Shown: positions 1 through 8,202 of the stretch, in pieces
Numbering within the stretch: the first letter of the stretch is position 1
Layout: each line of letters starts with the position of its first letter
Source: an uncultured Candidatus Saccharibacteria bacterium
GTDB taxonomy: Bacteria; Patescibacteriota; Minisyncoccia; Phycocordibacterales; Phycocordibacteraceae
Assembly (NCBI GenBank): GCA_964359715.1
Contig: CAYHUS010000001.1
Span: 1 to 36,073 of the forward strand
Direction: 5' to 3'
Length of the DNA stretch: 36,073 bases
Made by a program: the position numbers and the translations under genes
The notes under the pieces: model-generated
The model's input: the letters and a program-made list of their open reading frames with translations, nothing else
Databases searched by the model: none
What the model was told of the DNA's origin: nothing

Positions 1-1
1 T

Positions 2-784
2 GACGGCACAGTGCCGGGGCCGTTGCTCCGCGTTCGAGAAGGTGACACGGTGCGGCTTACACTTACAAATCACGAGACATCGCTCCACCATCACTCAATT
101 GACCTTCATGCAGTGACAGGCCCTGGGGGAGGCGCGGCCGCCACCATGGTCATGCCAGGAGAGTCTAAAACGATAACGTTTAAAGCACTCAAGGCAGGAG
201 TGTATATCTATCACTGCGCGTACCCAAATGTCGCCAATCACATGGCTCATGGGATGTACGGGCTCATAGTTGTAGAACCCCAGGAAGGTTTGGCTGAAGT
301 CGATCACGAGTTTTATGTGGTGCAGGGAGAGTTTTATAGCGCGGGAGCTCTTGGACGAAAGGGGCTTCAACTTTTTGACGCCGAAGCGATGCTCAATAGT
401 GACCCTCAGTACGTTGTGTTTAACGGCAAGACGGGAGCCTTGGTCAACAACATGCACGCGTCGGTGGGAGACAGCGTGCGCATGTATGTGGGTAATGGGG
501 GAGTTAACCTTATCTCGTCCTTCCACGTCATTGGTGAGATTTTCGACCGTGTGTACCGAGAGGGGGATCTGTTAACTCCACCTGCCGAGGGGGTACAGAC
601 GACGTTGGTGCCCGCGGGAGGTGCGACTGTCGTCGAGCTTACGGTCGACTATCCGGGGAAATATATTTTGGTGGATCACGCGCTCTCACGTCTTGACCGT
701 GGTGCGTGGGGTGTGCTCACTGTTGACGGCGAGCCAGACAAATCAATTTTTGACGGCGTGATTCAAGAAGGTGGAGGGCACTAG
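2..784 (+). CDS. nirK: copper-containing nitrite reductase NirK, C-terminal ~260 aa (5' end outside window)
   Basis: The frame is open from base 2 (DGTVPGPLLRVREGDTV), so the GTG at 11 is not the real start. NirK-type Cu-ligand contexts: HSIDLHAVTG, YIYHCAYPNVANHMAHGMYGLIVVEP, SSFHVIGEIFDRVY. Confidence 0.85.
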   Translation, partial: DGTVPGPLLRVREGDTVRLTLTNHETSLHHHSIDLHAVTGPGGGAAATMVMPGESKTITFKALKAGVYIYHCAYPNVANHMAHGMYGLIVVEPQEGLAEVDHEFYVVQGEFYSAGALGRKGLQLFDAEAMLNSDPQYVVFNGKTGALVNNMHASVGDSVRMYVGNGGVNLISSFHVIGEIFDRVYREGDLLTPPAEGVQTTLVPAGGATVVELTVDYPGKYILVDHALSRLDRGAWGVLTVDGEPDKSIFDGVIQEGGGH

Positions 785-1221
785 TTTTTCTTCCCGACGT
801 CTCCACTTTTCTGGGTAAGTGGCACTCCTACCACCCTAAAATTTAGGTACAAGTTACCGAGGTAGTTACAGATACCAACCACACCAGCAATACCCACGCG
901 TGAGTAGAGCGCGGGGAGATCGAGTTGTTCAACCCCCACCCACATAAGTGCGGTGGTAGCGAGTGCCCCTACAATGGCAAACTGTAAAAAATACACATAG
1001 CCTGTAAAGAATGACCGGTGCGTCCGTACAAAAACCCACGCACGACTGACGAGATAATTAATTGAAACGGCAACTAGAAAGGCAAGTGGAGTCGCGACAA
1101 GAAAGTGAAGTGCCACGACATCAATCAGAATCCATAACAGGGCAAGATCAAAGAGAAAGGTGCTCACACCAATGGCCGTATATCGAATAAATCGCATTTC
1201 TCTAAGTCCAAGCGACAACAT
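781..1221 (-). CDS. GtrA-family membrane protein
   Basis: 146 aa with 4 predicted TM helices. GtrA-like N-terminus (RYTAIGVSTFLFDLALLWIL) and the INYLVSRAWVF motif. Its 4-nt overlap with the nirK stop is convergent. Confidence 0.7.
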   Translation of the reverse strand: MLSLGLREMRFIRYTAIGVSTFLFDLALLWILIDVVALHFLVATPLAFLVAVSINYLVSRAWVFVRTHRSFFTGYVYFLQFAIVGALATTALMWVGVEQLDLPALYSRVGIAGVVGICNYLGNLYLNFRVVGVPLTQKSGDVGKKN

Positions 1222-1765
1222 GTCCGAACAATATCATGGTATGGTAACGGCTATGGAGCCGCAGACAACTTTGGTGCGACGGCGTGTTGTCGGGGTTGTT
1301 ATAGGTGTGCTTGTCATTTTTGCAGGAGGATATGTGTTGACACAGCTTACCGATGTAGGGCCACATGCTGGGGTGCCAGTACAGATCTATGCCTACCAGC
1401 CAGTCTTAGATCTTGGCGAGGGAGGTCCTCAGTGTTCAGAGGATGGCATGGTGGCGATAGAGCGAATTGTGCCTCGTACAAAAAATAGTGCATATGACGC
1501 GGTACGGCAGGTACTCGATGGTCGCCTTACTGTGGCAGAACGTGAAGAAGGACTTGTTACCGAGTTCCCCCTTGAAGGGGTACATCTCAAAAGTGTCACC
1601 ATATTAAATGGTACCGCCGTGGTAGCCATCGATGATCCACAGTTTAGGACCTCGGGAGGGGCGTGTCGCGCAACAATCATGCGGTTGCAGGTAGAGAAGA
1701 CACTTCTTCAATTCCCACACATTAGTGCTGTACGGTTTGAGCCGGAGTCACTTTTTCAACCGTGA
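1220..1765 (+). CDS. GerMN-domain protein with N-terminal TM anchor
   Basis: Has a TM segment (VVGVVIGVLVIFAGGYVL). The C-terminal ~100 aa look like a GerMN domain (AYDAVRQVLDGRLTVAEREEGLVTEFPLEGVHLKSVTILNGTAVVAID...QVEKTLLQFPHISAVRF). The start is uncertain: the first in-frame ATG is at 1220, with alternatives at 1241 and 1253. Confidence 0.6.
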   Translation: MSEQYHGMVTAMEPQTTLVRRRVVGVVIGVLVIFAGGYVLTQLTDVGPHAGVPVQIYAYQPVLDLGEGGPQCSEDGMVAIERIVPRTKNSAYDAVRQVLDGRLTVAEREEGLVTEFPLEGVHLKSVTILNGTAVVAIDDPQFRTSGGACRATIMRLQVEKTLLQFPHISAVRFEPESLFQP

Positions 1766-2121
1766 GTACTCGACCGTCAATCATTAATGAGTTTTGGGTG
1801 CCAACAGTGGCACTAACACTTTTCTTTCTTTTTCAAGCACAGGGGAGTTTGGGTGAATTGTTTTTGACACTATTCGCACTTGGTATCTCGGCACTCCTTT
1901 TTTTGTGGAATAACAGAGTAGGAGAGAGGTACTTATTTGTTATCGGGCTTTTGGCGGGGGTGTGTATTGAAGTCGGATTTCGGGCGCTAGGCTACCAGCA
2001 GGTGTGGGCCGAGGCATCGTTCTTTGGTGTACCGTACTGGCTCCCCATCGCGTGGGGGGTGGGCTTTGTGCTTATTACCCGCGTGGGGCTATACATTAGA
2101 AATATCGATCCAACTGACTAA
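1762..2121 (+). CDS. hypothetical small membrane protein (about 4 TM)
   Basis: GTG start overlaps the upstream stop (GTGA). The sequence is hydrophobic throughout, and I recognise no family. Confidence 0.55.
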   Translation: MSTRPSIINEFWVPTVALTLFFLFQAQGSLGELFLTLFALGISALLFLWNNRVGERYLFVIGLLAGVCIEVGFRALGYQQVWAEASFFGVPYWLPIAWGVGFVLITRVGLYIRNIDPTD

Positions 2122-2169
2122 CCTGAGGGCAAGTTTGACTCTGAGGAACCCGCATAGTATTGTGCCGGC

Positions 2170-2442
2170 ATGAGCAAAGAAAATCTAGGTAAAATAGACT
2201 ACGTTATTGGTCCGGACGGCGATACCATTACGATTGAAAATCTGCCAAAACCAGCGACTCGCTGGGTCATAAAGCGTAAGGCAGTAGTAGTTGCTGCTGT
2301 TCGAGGCGGGCTTATCACTCTTGAAGACGCGTGTACTCGCTACTCGCTTTCAGTCGAGGAGTTTCTCGCATGGCAGAGGCAGGTAGATAAGTACGGCCTT
2401 GCGGGGCTCCGTACGACTCGCACGCAGCAATATCGAGTCTAA
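2170..2442 (+). CDS. DUF1153 / SciP-like small helix-turn-helix protein
   Basis: 90 aa. YVIGPDGDTITIENLPKPATRWVIKRKAVVVAAVRGGLITLEDACTRYSLSVEEFLAWQRQVDKYGLAGLRTTRTQQYR matches my recollection of the DUF1153 family along its full length. Confidence 0.7.
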   Translation: MSKENLGKIDYVIGPDGDTITIENLPKPATRWVIKRKAVVVAAVRGGLITLEDACTRYSLSVEEFLAWQRQVDKYGLAGLRTTRTQQYRV

Positions 2443-3953
2443 CCTTTAGTTAGTTTTCGGCCGTTGTACTTTTTTGCGCGGTTTATTTCTGCATTCTCAC
2501 ACTCAATAATGGCTCGTAGTGTCTCGTTAATAAGCGCAGGTATATTACCGGCAGTATCTTCGTACTCTTTTCCATTTTTTGGAGAATCGAATTTTCTTCT
2601 GTATTCGTCTTTTTTGTCAAAATCTGCTGCCAGAACCACAAATGGGTCAGAGCCCACGGGAAGTTTGTTAGTGTTTTTGTATGTACCCAGACCTACTATG
2701 GGTATTGATCTGGCTTCGCTTGAATCATAGGCGCTCGAGTGGGTTAGGTACATCCTGTTGGCGCCAACATTACTATCAATAAACTCTCTATCTCTCACTT
2801 CAAGTACTTTTGACCCCGGGCATGCAGCGAGGGCGACCCACGGTGTCTCGTACCCGCGTGACGAATCACTCGTTTTGTACGGGAGAATGCGCACCCCAGT
2901 AAATAGTTTTGACCTCCCGTTCATGATGTACCACCACGCAGTCCTCGCAATAATAGCGAGCTGGAGCGGGTCCATAGAGCCATGAACGTCATAGCGAGCA
3001 TAAATATCAAGGTAGCGCTTATTAAGATCGGGGGTCGGGTTAAAAGAGGAGATATGCTTACCTGTCCATCTTTTAAGCTCTTGTACCTGATAAGTGTTTA
3101 CAAGTTGTACGTTAGCCTTACGCTCTGCTTCTCGCTTTGCCCGTCCTACGGTGTCAAAATTTTTAAGCTTTTTATACAGAGGTGTTTGTACGAGGTACGC
3201 GTCAAACACTCTCCGAAAGGAGTACATCAATGCCTGTGGTGGCTCTCGTTGTAACACTGCACGTATTTGTCTTGAAAGTTCATCAACGTGCTCTTGACCG
3301 CGCATTTTGACCACAACGGGGTGTACGGTCAGATCAACGGGGTATCTTCGAGACTTGGTACTTTGCAATGTGATGTCTCTCCACAGCGCCTCACCCTCTA
3401 CGGTGTCTAGTCCTTTTGAAATTATGTTCATACGCTTGGGTGATAACACACCAGACGTTACCAGTGATTCTACATTTACTTGTGCATCAAAAAGCGCAAG
3501 GCTTGCCCGTGCATTACCTTTATGTACAAAAAACTGCCATAGTGACTCTCGCGTTAGGATGTCGTACTCAATCAAAAATGAAATTCTTTCTGACAACATC
3601 TTGCCAGCAAAGAGAATACGCTCAAGCAGGGCAATGTTGACGTTGTGTGGGGCAATAATTCGATGTTGAAAGTCTGACTTGGTAAGTACTTTTTTCGCTA
3701 TGAGTGCCGGAATCGGAAATTCGGCGTGCCCAGCATCAAGTTTGTCAGAGTATTCGTTCAGTGCGTCAATAGAGTCTCGCGTGAACTGCTGTTTTAAAAA
3801 AGCTTTATCCAACAGCCCCCACTTAACGAGATGAGAGTCACATAGTCTCTGATAGAGATGCTGTGGCAGGGCAAACTGCTCGGCACCCCAAACTGGAGTT
3901 TGTGCGAATTTGTGACCCAACGTAGACCTTTTCACCGCTTCAGCCATAGACAT
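2439..3953 (-). CDS. hypothetical protein, 504 aa, no recognisable domain
   Basis: Long uninterrupted ORF, noticeably AT-richer than its neighbours, with no TM segment or signal peptide. The upstream element TTGACG-16-TAGTAT lies about 19 nt from the ATG. Confidence 0.65.
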   Translation of the reverse strand: MSMAEAVKRSTLGHKFAQTPVWGAEQFALPQHLYQRLCDSHLVKWGLLDKAFLKQQFTRDSIDALNEYSDKLDAGHAEFPIPALIAKKVLTKSDFQHRIIAPHNVNIALLERILFAGKMLSERISFLIEYDILTRESLWQFFVHKGNARASLALFDAQVNVESLVTSGVLSPKRMNIISKGLDTVEGEALWRDITLQSTKSRRYPVDLTVHPVVVKMRGQEHVDELSRQIRAVLQREPPQALMYSFRRVFDAYLVQTPLYKKLKNFDTVGRAKREAERKANVQLVNTYQVQELKRWTGKHISSFNPTPDLNKRYLDIYARYDVHGSMDPLQLAIIARTAWWYIMNGRSKLFTGVRILPYKTSDSSRGYETPWVALAACPGSKVLEVRDREFIDSNVGANRMYLTHSSAYDSSEARSIPIVGLGTYKNTNKLPVGSDPFVVLAADFDKKDEYRRKFDSPKNGKEYEDTAGNIPALINETLRAIIECENAEINRAKKYNGRKLTKG

Positions 3954-4000
3954 CTTGCTACAAGATTGCCAAATACTACCCTATATTTACCTCCCGTCAA

Positions 4001-5005
4001 TTGAGCATTTTCGACTGGTACTATAAGGAAGTGAAGAAAGACAAGACCATACAGCTTTTATTTGCCCTCTCCTCAGTCATCATTATCGCCCTCGTTGCGC
4101 TCCCATCAGTGGTTGCGCTCAAAGGGGGAGGTGCAGTACCGGTAGAACCCGTGCCGTTTCCAGTTTCTGTCGACCCTGAATCAAAGACAATTTTAGAAAG
4201 ACCCACTGCCGAACTCCCACTCACTCGATCAAACACACTGGTCGCGTCGGCTCTCTCTGGCGCGGACATGGCGCTTGGTGCTATTTCAAAAGTGGTTATT
4301 GATGCACCGGCGTATCAACTTTTGGCAAGCGCGATGGGTCCAAAAGCAGTGGTGATATATGCGGGGATGCGACGCGAACAGGTCGCACTTGAGTTTGGAT
4401 CAGTTTTGGGCTGGACCAAGGCAGAGCGTGACGAATTTTTAAACGCGGCAACATCCACTACTCCCGAGGGTACTCTGTACCCATCTACCTATGTTGTCCC
4501 TCGAGATATATCTCCAACCGACGCACGATTATTGATATACGAGCGATTTAATGAACGAATCCTTAGCCGCTATACCGCTGAGGTAGAGGCGCAGGTGCCG
4601 CTCAAAGATGCGCTTATCATTGCCTCACTTATTGAGCGAGAGACGGCCGACCAAGAAGAGATGCACATTATCTCGGGCATACTGTGGAATCGATTGTTTC
4701 AAGGTATGCGGCTTCAGGTCGATGCGACGCTTCAATACGTGCGCGGTACGTCGCGGAACGGCTGGTGGCCGGTGGTACGTCCACGTGACAAGTTTTTAAA
4801 ATCCCCGTTTAACACCTATCAATCAGCAGGGTTACCTCCTGCCCCTATCGCGAGCCCGTCTGTAGCCGCTGTGGTCGCCGCGCTAAACCCTGCGCGGACA
4901 CAGTGTATGTTTTACTTCCATGACAGAAAAGGAGGCTTTCACTGCTCAAAGACGTACCTCGAGCACGTGGATCTTTTAAAGAAGGCGTATGGGAGAGGCC
5001 GCTAG
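4001..5005 (+). CDS. mltG: endolytic murein transglycosylase MltG (YceG-like)
   Basis: N-terminal TM anchor plus the YceG core: ALIIASLIERETADQEEMHIISGILWNRL, NTYQSAGLPPAPIASPS. The start is uncertain: TTG at 4001, or in-frame GTG at 4031 preceded by TACTAT-6 nt. Confidence 0.85.
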   Translation: MSIFDWYYKEVKKDKTIQLLFALSSVIIIALVALPSVVALKGGGAVPVEPVPFPVSVDPESKTILERPTAELPLTRSNTLVASALSGADMALGAISKVVIDAPAYQLLASAMGPKAVVIYAGMRREQVALEFGSVLGWTKAERDEFLNAATSTTPEGTLYPSTYVVPRDISPTDARLLIYERFNERILSRYTAEVEAQVPLKDALIIASLIERETADQEEMHIISGILWNRLFQGMRLQVDATLQYVRGTSRNGWWPVVRPRDKFLKSPFNTYQSAGLPPAPIASPSVAAVVAALNPARTQCMFYFHDRKGGFHCSKTYLEHVDLLKKAYGRGR

Positions 5006-5817
5006 TCAGGAATCCAGAGCCCATCTGGCTGCTTGTCCTCGGCTTGATCTTTGATCTTTATACCGTGTCGCGCAAGCTCTGTGTTTGAGTCTGATCGTAT
5101 TTTCCTCCGTACGTCTGTTGGGAGAGATGTGAAGTCTGCCTCGCGCGAGAGCACTATCTGAAGTCCATTGCTGAATCTACCAAATGTCTTTGGATACAGG
5201 GGGCATCGCACAATGCTAAAGAGATTTTTGTCTGTTTCTTTTGACCCTCGATCAAGTTCTGAGGTAAAGCCTGCGGGGGTGATGTACGCAGCTACAAATT
5301 TTTTTCCTCGTACAGTATCAGCGAGGAGGAGTAGTTTTGGATGTCTGAGTCCATTTGCATGCATTTTCTGAAATATGGTCTGGAGTAGTATCGAGAGTTC
5401 AGCAGCGCTACGTGGGGGCGGAACCCTGAGCTCCCGCAGCATTCGATGAAAGGCAAGTGCGGTGAGTACCCGTGACGGGTCTTTTGTAATCAACGTGCTA
5501 AAGGCTTCACCATTCATCCGCTCCGGAAAGTAGATAAGATCGGCTCCAAGACGAAGCTCTATCTCCATCGCTACCACCTCAGCTTGAAAGGGTATGAGTG
5601 CGACTTTGAGGCTCTCAAAGTTCTTTCCCGCAAGAACGTCCACGGGAAGCGAGAGCCGCACCCCCAAGAGTCTCTGGTCACTTTGGAACTTTGTAAGAGC
5701 TCCCCGTATGCTGTCGAGCCTTGCTAGTTTGTGGCCAACTATCTGTGCGTCCACCATCCTACTCTCTCGATCTCCCTGTTCTTCAAAGGGGCATTTGAAC
5801 TGCTTTTCGTGAGGCAT
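5002..5817 (-). CDS. hypothetical protein (ORF extends to 5871; preferred start is M19 at 5817)
   Basis: Long ORF with no family I recognise. The SWIB terminator hairpin abuts the ATG at 5871. A promoter (TTGACA-16-CATAAT) lies inside the first 18 codons, 7 nt upstream of the ATG at 5817. Confidence 0.55.
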   Translation of the reverse strand: MPHEKQFKCPFEEQGDRESRMVDAQIVGHKLARLDSIRGALTKFQSDQRLLGVRLSLPVDVLAGKNFESLKVALIPFQAEVVAMEIELRLGADLIYFPERMNGEAFSTLITKDPSRVLTALAFHRMLRELRVPPPRSAAELSILLQTIFQKMHANGLRHPKLLLLADTVRGKKFVAAYITPAGFTSELDRGSKETDKNLFSIVRCPLYPKTFGRFSNGLQIVLSREADFTSLPTDVRRKIRSDSNTELARHGIKIKDQAEDKQPDGLWIPD

Positions 5818-5824
5818 GGGGTGC

Positions 5825-5852
5825 ATTATGTATGCTTGTCCTAAAATGTCAA
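5825..5852 (-). promoter_or_regulatory. sigma70-type promoter TTGACA-N16-CATAAT, 7 nt upstream of ATG 5817
   Basis: Minus strand reads TTGACAttttaggacaagcataCATAATgcaccccATG. Confidence 0.5.
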
Positions 5853-5871
5853 TAAATCTGTGTCCTGACAT

Positions 5872-5904
5872 AAAAAATCCTCGAGTGTGAGCTCAAGGAT
5901 TTTT
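5872..5904 (-). terminator. rho-independent terminator downstream of the SWIB gene
   Basis: Minus strand reads AAAAATCCTTGAGCTCACACTCGAGGATTTTTT: AATCCT/AGGATT and GAG/CTC stems followed by a T run. Confidence 0.65.
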
Positions 5905-5923
5905 AAGGTGCCCTAAGATAAAC

Positions 5924-6178
5924 TCAGGACAAGTGCTTGGAGACCAACTTGGTCATCTCAAACATACTCACCGTCGCCTTGCCGCCGAACACTTTTTTGA
6001 GTGCAGCGTCAGCGTTGATGTTGCGCTTATTCTTTGGATCTTGGAGACCATGCTTTTTTATGTAAACCCAAAGTTTTTTTACCACTTCAGATCGTGGCAT
6101 TGGTCCTTTACCGACAATGACAGCGAGGTCATCGCTTATCTTCATCGGTTTCATAAATGCGGAGTTTGCTTTTGCCAT
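5924..6178 (-). CDS. SWIB/MDM2-domain protein
   Basis: 84 aa. MPRSEVVKKLWVYIKKHGLQDPKNKRNINADAALKKVFGGKATVSMFEMTKLVSKHL is a typical stand-alone SWIB domain. An AGGA Shine-Dalgarno-like element sits 6 nt before the ATG. Confidence 0.85.
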   Translation of the reverse strand: MAKANSAFMKPMKISDDLAVIVGKGPMPRSEVVKKLWVYIKKHGLQDPKNKRNINADAALKKVFGGKATVSMFEMTKLVSKHLS

Positions 6179-6328
6179 GAATATTCCTAATTGCTAATAG
6201 CTCCCTATAGAGTATACAGCCAATTTTACCCCCACCCCCGTGCTACCCTCAGGGTGTGAAGTACGCATATGCCCTCCTCGGGGCGGGAATACTGGCCCTT
6301 ATTATAGGGTTGCTTATGGCGTAGGAGG

Positions 6329-6334
6329 TATACT
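6329..6334 (+). promoter_or_regulatory. -10 box TATACT, 6 nt upstream of the hpf ATG
   Basis: gtaggaggTATACTgggggtATG. A GGAGG lies 12 nt upstream of the ATG, so a Shine-Dalgarno-led reading cannot be excluded. Confidence 0.4.
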
Positions 6335-6340
6335 GGGGGT

Positions 6341-6715
6341 ATGATCGCCTACAATCTCAAGGGTAGTGGTTCTTTAGTGCTCACCGACGAGGTACGAAGC
6401 TATCTTGATCAGAAATTGGACAGAGTAGAAAAGCTCATTAATCAAAACGACACTACGGTAAAGCTTGATGTCGAACTTGGTACTGTCTCAAATGCTCGAA
6501 CGGGCAACATGTTTAGGGCTGAACTCAACTTTTCTTTCAGTGGCGGGTTTATCAGGGCCGAAGAAACCTGCGATACACTCCACGCTGCCATTGATGCAGC
6601 CGTTGACGAGCTCATTCATGAATTAAAAAAGAAAGTTGGCAAACAGCGAGACCTGATGCGCCGCGGCGCCACAAAGGTCAAGGACTTCTTCCGCTATTTT
6701 ACGGGGGGCAATTAG
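6341..6715 (+). CDS. hpf: ribosome hibernation promoting factor, short form (HPF/RaiA family)
   Basis: 124 aa. S30AE/sigma-54 modulation fold pattern: LTDEVRSYLDQKLDRVEKL..., FRAELNFSFSGGFIRAEETCDTLHAAIDAAVDELIHELKK. It lacks the C-terminal dimerisation domain of long HPFs. Confidence 0.85.
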   Translation: MIAYNLKGSGSLVLTDEVRSYLDQKLDRVEKLINQNDTTVKLDVELGTVSNARTGNMFRAELNFSFSGGFIRAEETCDTLHAAIDAAVDELIHELKKKVGKQRDLMRRGATKVKDFFRYFTGGN

Positions 6716-7434
6716 CTGCGCGGCCCAGCGTTTATAGGACGAAGAATGGTCGATAGTCTTGCTCGCTCTCCCCACCCAGCTTCCTCAACAATTGCACCGC
6801 ACGCTGCGGCAAATGAGCGCTGTAGTTGTGCGCGATCACGCCACGGGAGAGTATGGTGCGAGCGAAATCCTTGACGAGTAGGAATAGTGGCAGAAACTTT
6901 TTGCCGATTGATGTATGCCTCAAAAAGATTATACATTTCTTCAGCGGTTAGCTGTTTGCTTAAGGGTGCGAGTGTGAGTGGGTGTCGTGTTGGGGCACGG
7001 AAAACGGTTATGCCAGTTCGGTGTGCAATAAATGGGTAGGTATCCGGCGCCATGGTATGTGCGACAAGCATGTCACCAATCGAGGGCGAGTCGTATGACT
7101 CTTGGTCATTGTTCCTGATTGGGTGCGAGTGACCAGAGAATCGTGAATGAAGCACAGACTCTTTATGTCTCTCTGAGCGCCACGGTATTGTGCCTGTCAC
7201 GCCGGTAACCACAAGAATGAGTCCTTGATACTCTGACAGACTTACCTCAAAAGGGAGATTAGCAAGGCGTTCTAGGTCTCGAGGGGTAATTGGGTTTTGA
7301 CGTGGGTCAATCAATAGCTCAAAATGGCCTTTCTCATAGTTGAATGACCCCATTGTTAAGCGATCCAAAAACGACCCCAGAGAATAGCCGGCGCTGCCGT
7401 TTATTTCATATGACTTTGATTCTCCCTCAAGCAT
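6712..7434 (-). CDS. JAMM/MPN+-like putative metalloprotease, paralog A (240 aa)
   Basis: E68-x2-G (SEYQGLILVVTG), H102-S-H104-P and S118-I-G-D121. Clearly alignable with the neighbouring ORF 7498..8196. GC-rich. Confidence 0.6.
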   Translation of the reverse strand: MLEGESKSYEINGSAGYSLGSFLDRLTMGSFNYEKGHFELLIDPRQNPITPRDLERLANLPFEVSLSEYQGLILVVTGVTGTIPWRSERHKESVLHSRFSGHSHPIRNNDQESYDSPSIGDMLVAHTMAPDTYPFIAHRTGITVFRAPTRHPLTLAPLSKQLTAEEMYNLFEAYINRQKVSATIPTRQGFRSHHTLPWRDRAQLQRSFAAACGAIVEEAGWGERARLSTILRPINAGPRS

Positions 7435-7442
7435 AGAGGGGG

Positions 7443-7471
7443 AGCATACCCGTAGAGTGCATAATTGTCAA
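7443..7471 (-). promoter_or_regulatory. promoter TTGACA-N17-TATGCT, 8 nt upstream of ATG 7434
   Basis: Minus strand reads TTGACAattatgcactctacgggTATGCTccccctctATG. Confidence 0.55.
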
Positions 7472-7497
7472 AATGCAAAATTTTTGACCGCACTTGG

Positions 7498-8196
7498 CTA
7501 ACGTCCAAGATTTACAATTTTCATTGCTTCAGCTATGCGCTTGGTGTCAGACCACGGTATCTCAGCAGTTATTGCTTTTGTCTCGATAGCAAACCTCCTT
7601 TGAAATGCTGCCATCTCTGGTTTTGACATAGAGTCAAAATTTTTCAATCCATCCAGATTTGCGCAAAAAATGTCATACCCGTAATGCTTGCTGTACATCA
7701 ACATAAGATCGCGAGGCTCTCCTGTCCACGCCTTTTTATTTATTGGGTCGTATGTAGGTTTGCCATAAAAGATAATTCCTTCGCTTGTCGCTAAAACTAG
7801 CGGGGTATTCTTTGAGGCGAAATCTGTTATGTATATATCAGAAAAGGATGGGGTGTTCACGGTTGCCTCTCCTTCGTGATTGGGGTGGGTATGGAGAGAC
7901 AATCTTGATGTGTCTCTACGCTTGTTGTTCTTGTCGCTTTCGCCACCTACATAATTCTTTTTTCCTGTTTCTATGTAAAGTATTCCTCTATCTTCGGTAA
8001 TGCCGAATTCAAATTCAAATGACGTAAGTATCCTAAGCTCAGTAGGGGTAATTGGGTTACGTTTTGGATCAAGGGAAAAGACAAAGTACTCTTTTTCGGG
8101 ATCAAATCGTATTTTATTGAGATACGTTATAGCCTCGCTTACTGACCAAACGGCGCGAGATTCGCGCTGTGTGCGGGGACCCTCTGCAGATGACAT
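7498..8196 (-). CDS. JAMM/MPN+-like putative metalloprotease, paralog B (232 aa from ATG 8196)
   Basis: E69-x2-G (TEDRGILYIETG), H103-T-H105-P and S118-F-S-D121 (numbered from the TTG at 8199). Shares the DP(K/R)xNPITPx(E/D)L motif with paralog A. AT-rich. Confidence 0.6.
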   Translation of the reverse strand: MSSAEGPRTQRESRAVWSVSEAITYLNKIRFDPEKEYFVFSLDPKRNPITPTELRILTSFEFEFGITEDRGILYIETGKKNYVGGESDKNNKRRDTSRLSLHTHPNHEGEATVNTPSFSDIYITDFASKNTPLVLATSEGIIFYGKPTYDPINKKAWTGEPRDLMLMYSKHYGYDIFCANLDGLKNFDSMSKPEMAAFQRRFAIETKAITAEIPWSDTKRIAEAMKIVNLGR

Positions 8197-8202
8197 CAAA
8201 TG

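Noticed and set aside
1219-1222. CATG where the divergent gtrA-like and GerMN-protein start codons overlap
   Set aside because: It depends on an uncertain start choice for the plus-strand gene (1241 and 1253 are alternatives), and no further regulatory structure is visible.
6324-6341. GGAGG upstream of hpf as a Shine-Dalgarno element
   Set aside because: This is not fully rejected. The 12-nt spacing to the ATG is long, and the TATACT directly between the two fits the window-wide leaderless geometry better. The question stays ambiguous without TSS data.
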